A stretch of DNA of 64,000 nucleotides from positions 22,382,001 to 22,446,000 of the forward strand of contig OZ024744.1 in NCBI GenBank assembly GCA_964016885.1, given 5' to 3'. Within the stretch, counting starts at the first letter, position 1, and each line of letters begins with the position of its first letter. Positions 24,111-38,320 of the stretch are shown here, piece after piece. The position numbers and the translations under genes were made by a program. The stretch is from Eledone cirrhosa. Its lineage: Eukaryota. The notes under the pieces were generated by a model. It ran no database searches, was not told the DNA's origin, and saw only the letters and a program-made list of their open reading frames with translations.

Positions 24111-27100
24111 ATAGATAACATAGAGTGAGATGTTGTCGTCGTGGTAAGTTAGGTTGACATAGATAACATAGAGTGAGATGTTGTCGTGGTGTTCAGTTAG
24201 GTTGACATAGATAACATAGAGTGAGATGTTGTCGTGGTGGTCAGTTAGGTTGACATAGATAACATAGAGTGAGATGTTGTCGTGGTGGTCAGTTAGGTTG
24301 ACATAGATAACATAGGTGGGATGTTGTCGTGGTGGTCAGTTAGGTTGACATAGATAACATAGAGCGGGATATTGTTGTGGTGGTCAGTTAGCTTGACATA
24401 GATAACATAGGTGGGATGTTGTCGTCGTAGTCAGTTAGGTTGACATAGATAACATAGAGTGAGATGTTGTCGTGGTGGTCAGTTAGGTTGACATAGATAA
24501 CATAGGTGGGATGTTGTCGTGGTGGTCAGTTAGGTTGACATAGATAACATAGGTGGGATGCTGTCGTGGTCAGTTAGGTTGACATAGATAACATAGGTGG
24601 GATGTTGTCGTGATGGTCAGTTAGGTTGACATAGATAACATAGGTGGGATGTTGTCGTGGTGGTCAGTTAGGTTGACATAGATAACATAGGTGGGGTGTT
24701 GTCGTGGTGGTCAGTTAGGTTGACATAGATAACATAGAGTCAGATGTTGTCGTGGTGGTCAGTTAGGTTGACATAGATAACATAGGTGGGATGTTGTCGT
24801 GGTGGTCAATTAGGTTGACATAGATAACATAGGTGTGATGTTGTCGTGGTCAGTTAGGTTGACATAGATAACATTGGTGGGATGTTGTCGTGGTGGTCAG
24901 TTAGGTTGACATAGATAACATAGAGTGAGATGTTGTCGTGGTGGTCAGTTAGGTTGACATAGATAACATAGGTGGGATGTTGTCGTGGTGGTCAGTTAGG
25001 TTGACATAGATAACATAGGTGGGATGTTGTCGTGGTCAGTTAGGTTGACAAAGATAACATAGGTGGGATGTTGTCGTGGTGGTCAGTTAGGTTGACATAG
25101 ATAACATAGAGTGGGATGTTGTCGTGGTGGTCAGTTAGGTTGACATAGATAACATAGGTGGGATGTTGTCGTGGTCAGTTAGGTTGACTTAGATAACATA
25201 GAGTGAGATGTTGTCGTGGTGGTCAGTTAGGTTGACATAGATAACATAGAGTGAGATGTTGTCGTGGTGGTCAGTTAGGTTGACATAGATAACATAGAGT
25301 CAGATGTTGTCGTGGTGTTCAGTTAGGTTGACATAGATAACATAGAGTGAGATGTTGTCGTGGTGGTCAGTTAGGTTGACATAGATAACATAGAGCGGGA
25401 TGTTGTCGTGGTGGTCAGTTAGGTTGACATATATAACATAGGTGGGGTGTTGTCGTGGTCAGTTACGTTGTCATAGATAACATAGGTGGGATGTTGTCGT
25501 CGTGGTCAGTTAGGTTGACATATATAACATAGAGTGAGATGTTGTCGTGGTGGTCAGTTAGGTTGACATAGATATCATAGGTGGGATGTTGTCGTGGTGG
25601 TCACTTAGTTTGACATAGATAACATAGAGTGAGATGTTGTCGTGGTGGTCAGTTAGGTTGACATATATAACATAGGTGGGATGTTGTCGTGGTGGTCAGT
25701 TAGGTTGACATATATAACATAACTGGGATGTTGTCGTGGTCAGTTAGGTTGACATAGATAACATAGGTGGGATGTTGTCGTGGTGGTCAGTTAGGTTGAC
25801 ATAGATAACATAGGTGGGATGTTGACGTGGTGGTCAGTTAGGTTGACATAGATAACATAGAGTGAGATGTTGTCGTGGTGGTAAGTTAGGTTGGCATAGA
25901 TAACATAGAGTGAGATGTTGTCGTGGTGTTCAGTTAGGTTGACATAGATAACATAGAGTGAGATGTTGTCGTGGTGGTCAGTTAGGTTGACATAGATAAC
26001 ATAGAGTGAGATGTTGTCGTGGTGGTCAGTTAGGTTGACATAGATAACATAGGTGGGATGTTGTCGTGGTGGTCAGTTAGGTTGACATAGATAACATAGA
26101 GCGGGATATTGTTGTGGTGGTCAGTTAGCTTGACATAGATAACATAGGTGGGATGTTGTCGTCGTGGTCAGTTAGGTTGACATAGATAACATAGAGTGAG
26201 ATGTTGTCGTGGTGGTCAGTTAGGTTGACATAGATAACATAGGTGGGATGTTGTCGTGGTGGTCAGTTAGGTTGACATAGATAACATAGGTGGGATGCTG
26301 TCGTGGTCAGTTAGGTTGACATAGATAACATAGGTGGGATGTTGTCGTGGTGGTCAGTTAGGTTGACATAGATAACATAGGTGGGATGTTGTCGTGGTGG
26401 TCAGTTAGGTTGACATAGATAACATAGGTGGGGTGTTGTCGTGGTGGTCAGTTAGGTTGACATAGATAACATAGAGTGAGATGTTGTCGTGGTGGTCAGT
26501 TAGGTTGACATAGATAACATAGGTGGGATGTTGTCGTGGTGGTCAATTAGGTTGACATAGATAACATAGGTGTGATGTTGTCGTGGTCAGTTAGGTTGAC
26601 ATAGATAACATTGGTGGGATGTTGTCGTGGTGGTCAGTTAGGTTGACATAGATAACATAGAGTGAGATGTTGTCGTGGTGGTCAGTTAGGTTGACATAGA
26701 TAACATAGGTGGGATGTTGTCGTGGTGGTCAGTTAGGTTGACATAGATAACATAGGTGGGATGTTGTCGTGGCAGTTAGGTTGACAAAGATAACATAGGT
26801 GGGATGTTGTCGTGGTGGTCAGTTAGGTTGACATAGATAACATAGAGTGGGATGTTGTCGTGGTGGTCAGTTAGGTTGACATAGATAACATAGGTGGGAT
26901 GTTGTCGTGGTCAGTTAGGTTGACTTAGATAACATAGAGTGAGATGTTGTCGTGGTGGTCAGTTAGGTTGACATAGATAACAGAGAGTGAGATGTTGTCG
27001 TGGTGTTCAGTTAGGTTGACATAGTTAACATAGAGTGAGATGTGGTCGTGGTGGTCAGTTAGGTTGACATAGATAACATAGAGCGGGATGTTGTCGTGGT

Positions 27101-30100
27101 GGTCAGTTAGGTTGACATATATAACATAGGTGGGGTGTTGTCGTGGTGGTCAGTTAGGTTGACATAGATAACATAGAGTGAGATGATTTCGTGGTGGTTA
27201 GTTAGGTTGACATAGATAAAATAGGTGGGATGTTGTCGTGGTGGTCAGTTAGGTTGACATTGATAACATAGGTGGGGTATTGTCGTGGTCAGTTAGCTTG
27301 ACATAGATAACATAGAGTGAGATGTTGTCGTGGTGGTCAGTTAGGTTGACATAGATAACATAGAGTGATATGTTGTCGTGGTGTTCAGTTAGGTTGACAT
27401 AGATAACATAGAGTGAGATGTTGTCGTGGTGGTCAGTTAGTTTGACATAGATAACATAGGTGGGATGTTGTCGTGGTCAGTTAGGTTGTCATAGATAACA
27501 TAGGTGGGATGTTGTCGTCGTGGTCAGTTACGTTGACATATATAACATAGAGTGAGATGTTGTCGTGGTGGTCAGTTAGGTTGACATAGATATCATATGT
27601 GGGATGTTGTCGTGGTGGTCAGTTAGTTTGACATAGATAACATAGAGTGAGATGTTGTCGTGGTGGTCAGTTAGGTTGACATAGATAACATAGGTGGGAT
27701 GTTGTCGTGGTGGTCAGTTAGGTTGACATAGATAAGATAGCTGGGATGTTGTCGTGGTCAGTTAGGTTGACATAGATAACATAGGTGGGATGTTGTCGTG
27801 GTGGTCAGTTAGGTTGACATAGATAACATAGGTGGGGTGTTGTCGTGGTGGTCAGTTAGGTTGACATAGATAACATAGAGTGAGATGTTGTCGTGGTGGT
27901 CAGTTAGGTTGACATAGATAACATAGGTGGGATGTTGTCGTGGTGGTCAATTAGGTTGACATAGATAACATAGGTGTGATGTTGTCGTGGTCAGTTAGGT
28001 TGACATAGATAACATTGGTGGGATGTTGTCGTGGTGGTCAGTTAGGTTGACATAGATAACATAGAGTGAGATGTTGTCGTGGTGGTCAGTTAGGTTGACA
28101 TAGATAACATAGGTGGGATGTTGTCGTGGTGGTCAGTTAGGTTGACATAGATAACATAGGTGGGATGTTGTCGTGGTCAGTTAGGTTGACAAATATAACA
28201 TAGATGGGATGTTGTCGTGGTGGTCAGTTAGGTTGACATAGATAACATAGAGTGGGATGTTGTCGTGGTGGTCAGTTAGGTTGACATAGATAACATAGGT
28301 GTGATGTTGTCGTGGTCAGTTAGGTTGACTTAGATAACATAGAGTGAGATGTTGTCGTGGTGGTCAGTTAGGTTGACATAGATAACATAGGTGGGATGTT
28401 GTCGTGGTGGTCAATTAGGTTGACATAGATAACATAGGTGTGATGTTGTCGTGGTCAGTTAGGTTGACATAGATAACATTGGTGGGATGTTGTCGTGGTG
28501 GTCAGTTAGGTTGACATAGATAACATAGAGTGAGATGTTGTCGTGATGGTCAGTTAGGTTGACATAGATAACATAGGTGGGATGTTGTCGTGGTGGTCAA
28601 TTAGGTTGACATAGATAACATAGGTGGGATGTTGTCGTGGTGGTCAGTTAGGTTGACATAGATAACATAGGTGGGATGTTGTCGTGGTCAGTTAGGTTGA
28701 CAAAGATAACATAGGTGGGATGTTGTCGTGGTGGTCAGTTAGGTTGACATAGATAAGATAGCTGGGATGTTGTCGTGGTCAGTTAGGTTGACATAGATAA
28801 CATAGGTGGGATGTTGTCGTGGTGGTCAGTTAGGTTGACATAGATAACATAGGTGGGGTGTTGTCGTGGTGGTCAGTTAGGTTGACATAGATAACATAGA
28901 GTGAGATGTTGTCGTGGTGGTCAGTTAGGTTGACATAGATAACATAGGTGGGATGTTGTCGTGGTGGTCAATTAGGTTGACATAGATAACATAGGTGTGA
29001 TGTTGTCGTGGTCAGTTAGGTTGACATAGATAACATTGGTGGGATGTTGTCGTGGTGGTCAGTTAGGTTGACATAGATAACATAGAGTGAGATGTTGTCG
29101 TGGTGGTCAGTTAGGTTGACATAGATAACATAGGTGGGATGTTGTCGTGGTGGTCAGTTAGGTTGACATAGATAACATAGGTGGGATGTTGTCGTGGTCA
29201 GTTAGGTTGACAAATATAACATAGATGGGATGTTGTCGTGGTGGTCAGTTAGGTTGACATAGATAACATAGAGTGGGATGTTGTCGTGGTGGTCAGTTAG
29301 GTTGACATAGATAACATAGGTGTGATGTTGTCGTGGTCAGTTAGGTTGACTTAGATAACATAGAGTGAGATGTTGTCGTGGTGGTCAGTTAGGTTGACAT
29401 AGATAACATAGGTGGGATGTTGTCGTGGTGGTCAATTAGGTTGACATAGATAACATAGGTGTGATGTTGTCGTGGTCAGTTAGGTTGACATAGATAACAT
29501 TGGTGGGATGTTGTCGTGGTGGTCAGTTAGGTTGACATAGATAACATAGAGTGAGATGTTGTCGTGATGGTCAGTTAGGCTGACATAGATAACATAGGTG
29601 GGATGTTGTCGTGGTGGTCAATTAGGTTGACATAGATAACATAGGTGGGATGTTGTCGTGGTGGTCAGTTAGGTTGACATAGATAACATAGGTGGGATGT
29701 TGTCGTGGTCAGTTAGGTTGACAAAGATAACATAGGTGGGATGTTGTCGTGGTGGTCAGTTAGGTTGACATAGATAACATAGAGTGGGATGTTGTCGTGG
29801 TGGTCAGTTAGGTTGACATAGATAACATAGGTGGGATGTTGTCGTGGTCAGTTAGGTTGACTTAGATAACATAGAGTGAGATGTTGTCGTGGTGGTCAGT
29901 TAGGTTGACATAGATAACATAGAGTGAGATGTTGTCGTTGTGGTCAGTTAGGTTGACATAGATAACATAGAGTCAGATGTTGTCGTGGTGTTCAGTTAGG
30001 TTGACATAGATAACATAGAGTGAGATGTTGTCGTGGTGGTCAGTTAGGTTGACATAGATAACATAGAGCGGGATGTTGTCGTGGTGGTCAGTTAGGTTGA

Positions 30101-33100
30101 CATATATAACATAGGTGGGGTGTTGTCGTGGTCAGTTACGTTGTCATAGATAACATAGGTGGGATGTTGTCGTCGTCGTCAGTTAGGTTGACATATATAA
30201 CATAGAGTGAGATGTTGTCGTGGTGGTCAGTTAGGTTGACATAGATATCATAGGTGGGATGTTGTCGTGGTGGTCACTTAGTTTGACATAGATAACATAG
30301 AGTGAGATGTTGTCGTGGTGGTCAGTTAGGTTGACATAGATAACATAGGTGGGATGTTGTCGTGGTGGTCAGTTAGGTTGACATATATAACATAGCTGGG
30401 ATATTGTCGTGGTCAGTTAGGTTGACATAGATAACACAGGTGGGATGTTGTCGTGGTGGTCAGTTAGGTTGACATAGATAACATAGGTGGGATGTTGTCG
30501 TGGTGGTCAGTTATGTTGACATAGATAACATAGAGCGGGATATTGTTGTGGTGGTCAGTTAGCTTGACATAGATAACATAGGTGGGATGTTGTCGTCGTG
30601 GTCTGTTAGTTTGACATAGATAACATAGAGTGAGATGTTGTCGTGGTGGTCAGTTAGGTTGACATAGATAACATAGGTGGGATGTTGTCGTGGTGGTCAG
30701 TTAGGTTGACATAGATAACATAGGTGGGATGTTGTCGTGGTCAGTTAGGTTGACATAGATAACATAGGTGGGATGTTGTCGTGGTGGTCAGTTAGGTTGA
30801 CATAGATAACATAGGTGGGGTGTTGTCGTGGTGGTCAGTTAGGTTGACATAGATAACATAGAGTGAGATGTTGTCGTGGTGGTCAGTTAGGTTGACATAG
30901 ATAACATAGGTGGGATGTTGTCGTGGTGGTCAATTAGGTTGACATAGATAACATAGGTGTGATGTTGTCGTGGTCAGTTAGGTTGACATAGATAACATTG
31001 GTGGGATGTTGTCGTGGTGGTCAGTTAGGTTGACATAGATAACATAGAGTGAGATGTTGTCGTGGTGGTCAGTTAGGTTGACATAGATAACATAGGTGGG
31101 ATGTTGTCGTGGTGGTCAGTTAGGTTGACATAGATAACATAGGTGGGATGTTGTCGTGGTCAGTTAGGTTGACAAAGATAACATAGGTGGGATGTTGTCG
31201 TGGTGGCCAGTTAGGTTGACATAGATAACATAGAGTGGGATGCTGTCGTGGTGGTCAGTTAGGTTGACATAGATAACATAGGTGGGATGTTGTCGTGGTC
31301 AGTTAGGTTGACTTAGATAACATAGAGTGAGATGTTGTCGTGGTGGTCAGTTAGGTTGACATAGATAACATAGAGTGAGATGTTGTCGTGGTGGTCAGTT
31401 AGGTTGACATAGATAACATAGAGACAGATGTTGTCGTGGTGTTCAGTTAGGTTGACATAGATAACATAGAGTGAGATGTTGTCGTGGTGGTCAGTTAGGT
31501 TGACATAGATAACATAGAGCGGGATGTTGTCGTGGTGGTCAGTTAGGTTGACATATATAACATAGGTGGGGTGTTGTCGTGGTCAGTTAGGTTGTCATAG
31601 ATAACATAGGTGGGATGTTGTCGTCGTGGTCAGTTAAGTTGACATATATAACATAGAGTGAGATGTTGTCGTGGTGGTCAGTTAGGTTGACATAGATATC
31701 ATAGGTGGGATGTTGTCGTGGTGGTCAGTTAGTTTGACATAGATAACATAGAGTGAGATGTTGTCGTGGTGGTCAGTTAGGTTGACATAGATAACATAGG
31801 TGGGATGTTGTCGTGGTCGTCAGTTATTTTGACATAGATAACATAGCTCGGATGTTGTCGTGGTCAGTTAGGTTGACATAGATAACATAGGTGGGATGTT
31901 GTCGTGGTGGTCAGTTAGGTTGACTTAGATAACATAGGTGGGATGTTGTCGTGGTGGTCAGTTAGGTTGACATAGATAACATAGAGTGAGATGTTGTCGT
32001 CGTGGTAAGTTAGGTTGACATAGATAACATAGAGTGAGATGTTGTCGTGGTGTTCAGTTAGGTTGACATAGATAACATAGAGTGAGATGTTGTCGTGGTG
32101 GTCAGTTAGGTTGACATAGATAACATAGAGTGAGATGTTGTCGTGGTGGTCAGTTAGGTTGACATAGATAACATAGGTGGGATGTTGTCGTGGTGGTCAG
32201 TTAGGTTGACATAGATAACATAGAGCGGGATATTGTTGTGGTGGTCAGTTAGCTTGACATAGATAACATAGGTGGGATGTTGTCGTCGTAGTCAGTTAGG
32301 TTGACATAGATAACATAGAGTGAGATGTTGTCGTGGTGGTCAGTTAGGTTGACATAGATAACATAGGTGGGATGTTGTCGTGGTGGTCAGTTAGGTTGAC
32401 ATAGATAACATAGGTGGGATGCTGTCGTGGTCAGTTAGGTTGACATAGATAACATAGGTGGGATGTTGTCGTGATGGTCAGTTAGGTTGACATAGATAAC
32501 ATAGGTGGGATGTTGTCGTGGTGGTCAGTTAGGTTGACATAGATAACATAGGTGGGGTGTTGTCGTGGTGGTCAGTTAGGTTGACATAGATAACATAGAG
32601 TCAGATGTTGTCGTGGTAGTCAGTTAGGTTGACATAGATAACATAGGTGGGATGTTGTCGTGGTGGTCAATTAGGTTGACATAGATAACATAGGTGTGAT
32701 GTTGTCGTGGTCAGTTAGGTTGACATAGATAACATTGGTGGGATGTTGTCGTGGTGGTCAGTTAGGTTGACATAGATAACATAGAGTGAGATGTTGTCGT
32801 GGTGGTCAGTTAGGTTGACATAGATAACATAGGTGGGATGTTGTCGTGGTGGTCAGTTAGGTTGACATAGATAACATAGGTGGGATGTTGTCGTGGTCAG
32901 TTAGGTTGACAAAGATAACATAGGTGGGATGTTGTCGTGGTGGTCAGTTAGGTTGACATAGATAACATAGAGTGGGATGTTGTCGTGGTGGTCAGTTAGG
33001 TTGACATAGATAACATAGGTGGGATGTTGTCGTGGTCAGTTAGGTTGACTTAGATAACATAGAGTGAGATGTTGTCGTGGTGGTCAGTTAGGTTGACATA

Positions 33101-36100
33101 GATAACATAGAGTGAGATGTTGTCGTGGTGGTCAGTTAGGTTGACATAGATAACATAGAGTCAGATGTTGTCGTGGTGTTCAGTTAGGTTGACATAGATA
33201 ACATAGAGTGAGATGTTGTCGTGGTGGTCAGTTAGGTTGACATAGATAACATAGAGCGGGATGTTGTCGTGGTGGTCAGTTAGGTTGACATATATAACAT
33301 AGGTGGGGTGTTGTCGTGGTCAGTTACGTTGTCATAGATAACATAGGTGGGATGTTGTCGTCGTGGTCAGTTAGGTTGACATATATAACATAGAGTGAGA
33401 TGTTGTCGTGGTGGTCAGTTAGGTTGACATAGATATCATAGGTGGGATGTTGTCGTGGTGGTCACTTAGTTTGACATAGATAACATAGAGTGAGATGTTG
33501 TCGTGGTGGTCAGTTAGGTTGACATAGATAACATAGGTGGGATGTTGTCGTGGTGGTCAGTTAGGTTGACATATATAACATAACTGGGATGTTGTCGTGG
33601 TCAGTTAGGTTGACATAGATAACATAGGTGGGATGTTGTCGTGGTGGTCAGTTAGGTTGACATAGATAACATAGGTGGGATGTTGACGTGGTGGTCAGTT
33701 AGGTTGACATAGATAACATAGAGTGAGATGTTGTCGTGGTGGTAAGTTAGGTTGACATAGATAACATAGAGTGAGATGTTGTCGTGGTGTTCAGTTAGGT
33801 TGACATAGATAACATAGAGTGAGATGTTGTCGTGGTGGTCAGTTAGGTTGACATAGATAACATAGAGTGAGATGTTGTCGTGGTGGTCAGTTAGGTTGAC
33901 ATAGATAACATAGGTGGGATGTTGTCGTGGTGGTCAGTTAGGTTGACATAGATAACATAGAGCGGGATATTGTTGTGGTGGTCAGTTAGCTTGACATAGA
34001 TAACATAGGTGGGATGTTGTCGTCGTGGTCAGTTAGGTTGACATAGATAACATAGAGTGAGATGTTGTCGTGGTGGTCAGTTAGGTTGACATAGATAACA
34101 TAGGTGGGATGTTGTCGTGGTGGTCAGTTAGGTTGACATAGATAACATAAGTGGGATGCTGTCGTGGTCAGTTAGGTTGACATAGATAACATAGGTGGGA
34201 TGTTGTCGTGGTGGTCAGTTAGGTTGACATAGATAACATAGGTGGGATGTTGTCGTGGTGGTCAGTTAGGTTGACATAGATAACATAGGTGGGGTGTTGT
34301 CGTGGTGGTCAGTTAGGTTGACATAGATAACATAGAGTGAGATGTTGTCGTGGTGGTCAGTTAGGTTGACATAGATAACATAGGTGGGATGTTGTCGTGG
34401 TGGTCAATTAGGTTGACATAGATAACATAGGTGTGATGTTGTCGTGGTCAGTTAGGTTGACATAGATAACATTGGTGGGATGTTGTCGTGGTGGTCAGTT
34501 AGGTTGACATAGATAACATAGAGTGAGATGTTGTCGTGGTGGTCAGTTAGGTTGACATAGATAACATAGGTGGGATGTTGTCGTGGTGGTCAGTTAGGTT
34601 GACATAGATAACATAGGTGGGATGTTGTCGTGGCAGTTAGGTTGACAAAGATAACATAGGTGGGATGTTGTCGTGGTGGTCAGTTAGGTTGACATAGATA
34701 ACATAGAGTGGGATGTTGTCGTGGTGGTCAGTTAGGTTGACATAGATAACATAGGTGGGATGTTGTCGTGGTCAGTTAGGTTGACTTAGATAACATAGAG
34801 TGAGATGTTGTCGTGGTGGTCAGTTAGGTTGACATAGATAACAGAGAGTGAGATGTTGTCGTGGTGTTCAGTTAGGTTGACATAGTTAACATAGAGTGAG
34901 ATGTGGTCGTGGTGGTCAGTTAGGTTGACATAGATAACATAGAGCGGGATGTTGTCGTGGTGGTCAGTTAGGTTGACATATATAACATAGGTGGGGTGTT
35001 GTCGTGGTGGTCAGTTAGGTTGACATAGATAACATAGAGTGAGATGATTTCGTGGTGGTTAGTTAGGTTGACATAGATAAAATAGGTGGGATGTTGTCGT
35101 GGTGGTCAGTTAGGTTGACATTGATAACATAGGTGGGGTATTGTCGTGGTCAGTTAGCTTGACATAGATAACATAGAGTGAGATGTTGTCGTGGTGGTCA
35201 GTTAGGTTGACATAGATAACATAGAGTGATATGTTGTCGTGGTGTTCAGTTAGGTTGACATAGATAACATAGAGTGAGATGTTGTCGTGGTGGTCAGTTA
35301 GTTTGACATAGATAACATAGGTGGGATGTTGTCGTGGTCAGTTAGGTTGTCATAGATAACATAGGTGGGATGTTGTCGTCGTGGTCAGTTACGTTGACAT
35401 ATATAACATAGAGTGAGATGTTGTCGTGGTGGTCAGTTAGGTTGACATAGATATCATATGTGGGATGTTGTCGTGGTGGTCAGTTAGTTTGACATAGATA
35501 ACATAGAGTGAGATGTTGTCGTGGTGGTCAGTTAGGTTGACATAGATAACATAGGTGGGATGTTGTCGTGGTGGTCAGTTAGGTTGACATAGATAAGATA
35601 GCTGGGATGTTGTCGTGGTCAGTTAGGTTGACATAGATAACATAGGTGGGATGTTGTCGTGGTGGTCAGTTAGGTTGACATAGATAACATAGGTGGGGTG
35701 TTGTCGTGGTGGTCAGTTAGGTTGACATAGATAACATAGAGTGAGATGTTGTCGTGGTGGTCAGTTAGGTTGACATAGATAACATAGGTGGGATGTTGTC
35801 GTGGTGGTCAATTAGGTTGACATAGATAACATAGGTGTGATGTTGTCGTGGTCAGTTAGGTTGACATAGATAACATTGGTGGGATGTTGTCGTGGTGGTC
35901 AGTTAGGTTGACATAGATAACATAGAGTGAGATGTTGTCGTGGTGGTCAGTTAGGTTGACATAGATAACATAGGTGGGATGTTGTCGTGGTGGTCAGTTA
36001 GGTTGACATAGATAACATAGGTGGGATGTTGTCGTGGTCAGTTAGGTTGACAAATATAACATATATGGGATGTTGTCGTGGTGGTCAGTTAGGTTGACAT

Positions 36101-38320
36101 AGATAACATAGAGTGGGATGTTGTCGTGGTGGTCAGTTAGGTTGACATAGATAACATAGGTGTGATGTTGTCGTGGTCAGTTAGGTTGACTTAGATAACA
36201 TAGAGTGAGATGTTGTCGTGGTGGTCAGTTAGGTTGACATAGATAACATAGGTGGGATGTTGTCGTGGTCAGTTAGGTTGACATAGATAACATTGGTGGG
36301 ATGTTGTCGTGGTGGTCAGTTAGGTTGACATAGATAACATAGAGTGAGATGTTGTCGTGATGGTCAGTTAGGTTGACATAGATAACATAGGTGGGATGTT
36401 GTCGTGGTGGTCAATTAGGTTGACATAGATAACATAGGTGGGATGTTGTCGTGGTGGTCAGTTAGGTTGACATAGATAACATAGGTGGGATGTTGTCGTG
36501 GTCAGTTAGGTTGACAAAGATAACATAGGTGGGATGTTGTCGTGGTGGTCAGTTAGGTTGACATAGATAAGATAGCTGGGATGTTGTCGTGGTCAGTTAG
36601 GTTGACATAGATAACATAGGTGGGATGTTGTCGTGGTGGTCAGTTAGGTTGACATAGATAACATAGGTGGGGTGTTGTCGTGGTGGTCAGTTAGGTTGAC
36701 ATAGATAACATAGAGTGAGATGTTGTCGTGGTGGTCAGTTAGGTTGACATAGATAACATAGGTGGGATGTTGTCGTGGTGGTCAATTAGGTTGACATAGA
36801 TAACATAGGTGTGATGTTGTCGTGGTCAGTTAGGTTGACATAGATAACATTGGTGGGATGTTGTCGTGGTGGTCAGTTAGGTTGACATAGATAACATAGA
36901 GTGAGATGTTGTCGTGGTGGTCAGTTAGGTTGACATAGATAACATAGGTGGGATGTTGTCGTGGTGGTCAGTTAGGTTGACATAGATAACATAGGTGGGA
37001 TGTTGTCGTGGTCAGTTAGGTTGACAAATATAACATAGATGGGATGTTGTCGTGGTGGTCAGTTAGGTTGACATAGATAACATAGAGTGGGATGTTGTCG
37101 TGGTGGTCAGTTAGGTTGACATAGATAACATAGGTGTGATGTTGTCGTGGTCAGTTAGGTTGACTTAGATAACATAGAGTGAGATGTTGTCGTGGTGGTC
37201 AGTTAGGTTGACATAGATAACATAGGTGGGATGTTGTCGTGGTGGTCAATTAGGTTGACATAGATAACATAGGTGTGATGTTGTCGTGGTCAGTTAGGTT
37301 GACATAGATAACATTGGTGGGATGTTGTCGTGGTGGTCAGTTAGGTTGACATAGATAACATAGAGTGAGATGTTGTCGTGATGGTCAGTTAGGTTGACAT
37401 AGATAACATAGGTGGGATGTTGTCGTGGTGGTCAATTAGGTTGACATAGATAACATAGGTGGGATGTTGTCGTGGTGGTCAGTTAGGTTGACATAGATAA
37501 CATAGGTGGGATGTTGTCGTGGTCAGTTAGGTTGACAAAGATAACATAGGTGGGATGTTGTCGTGGTGGTCAGTTAGGTTGACATAGATAACATAGAGTG
37601 GGATGTTGTCGTGGTGGTCAGTTAGGTTGACATAGATAACATAGGTGGGATGTTGTCGTGGTCAGTTAGGTTGACTTAGATAACATAGAGTGAGATGTTG
37701 TCGTGGTGGTCAGTTAGGTTGACATAGATAACATAGAGTGAGATGTTGTCGTTGTGGTCAGTTAAGTTGACATAGATAACATAGAGTCAGATGTTGTCGT
37801 GGTGTTCAGTTAGGTTGACATAGATAACATAGAGTGAGATGTTGTCGTGGTGGTCAGTTAGGTTGACATAGATAACATAGAGCGGGATGTTGTCGTGGTG
37901 GTCAGTTAGGTTGACATATATAACATAGGTGGGGTGTTGTCGTGGTCAGTTACGTTGTCATAGATAACATAGGTGGGATGTTGTCGTCGTCGTCAGTTAG
38001 GTTGACATATATAACATAGAGTGAGATGTTGTCGTGGTGGTCAGTTAGGTTGACATAGATATCATAGGTGGGATGTTGTCGTGGTGGTCACTTAGTTTGA
38101 CATAGATAACATAGAGTGAGATGTTGTCGTGGTGGTCAGTTAGGTTGACATAGATAACATAGGTGGGATGTTGTCGTGGTGGTCAGTTAGGTTGACATAT
38201 ATAACATAGCTGGGATATTGTCGTGGTCAGTTAGGTTGACATAGATAACACAGGTGGGATGTTGTCGTGGTGGTCAGTTAGGTTGACATAGATAACATAG
38301 GTGGGATGTTGTCGTGGTGG
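22620..38320 (+). repeat. Tandem higher-order duplication, unit ~7,861 bp (second copy lacks one 47-bp monomer near 36,260)
   Basis: Offset 7861: TATGTTGAC 22653/30514, GGCCAG 23346/31207, GGCAGTTAGG 26771/34632. Offset 7814 after the deletion: (GTC)4 ends at 30180/37994. Confidence 0.85.
27700..29760 (+). repeat. Nested tandem duplication, unit 1,021 bp (carried along in later copies near 35.6-37.6 kb and 40.4-42.4 kb)
   Basis: GACAAATATAACATAGATGG 28191/29212. ATAAGATAGCTGG and GTGATGGTC markers are also duplicated. Confidence 0.8.
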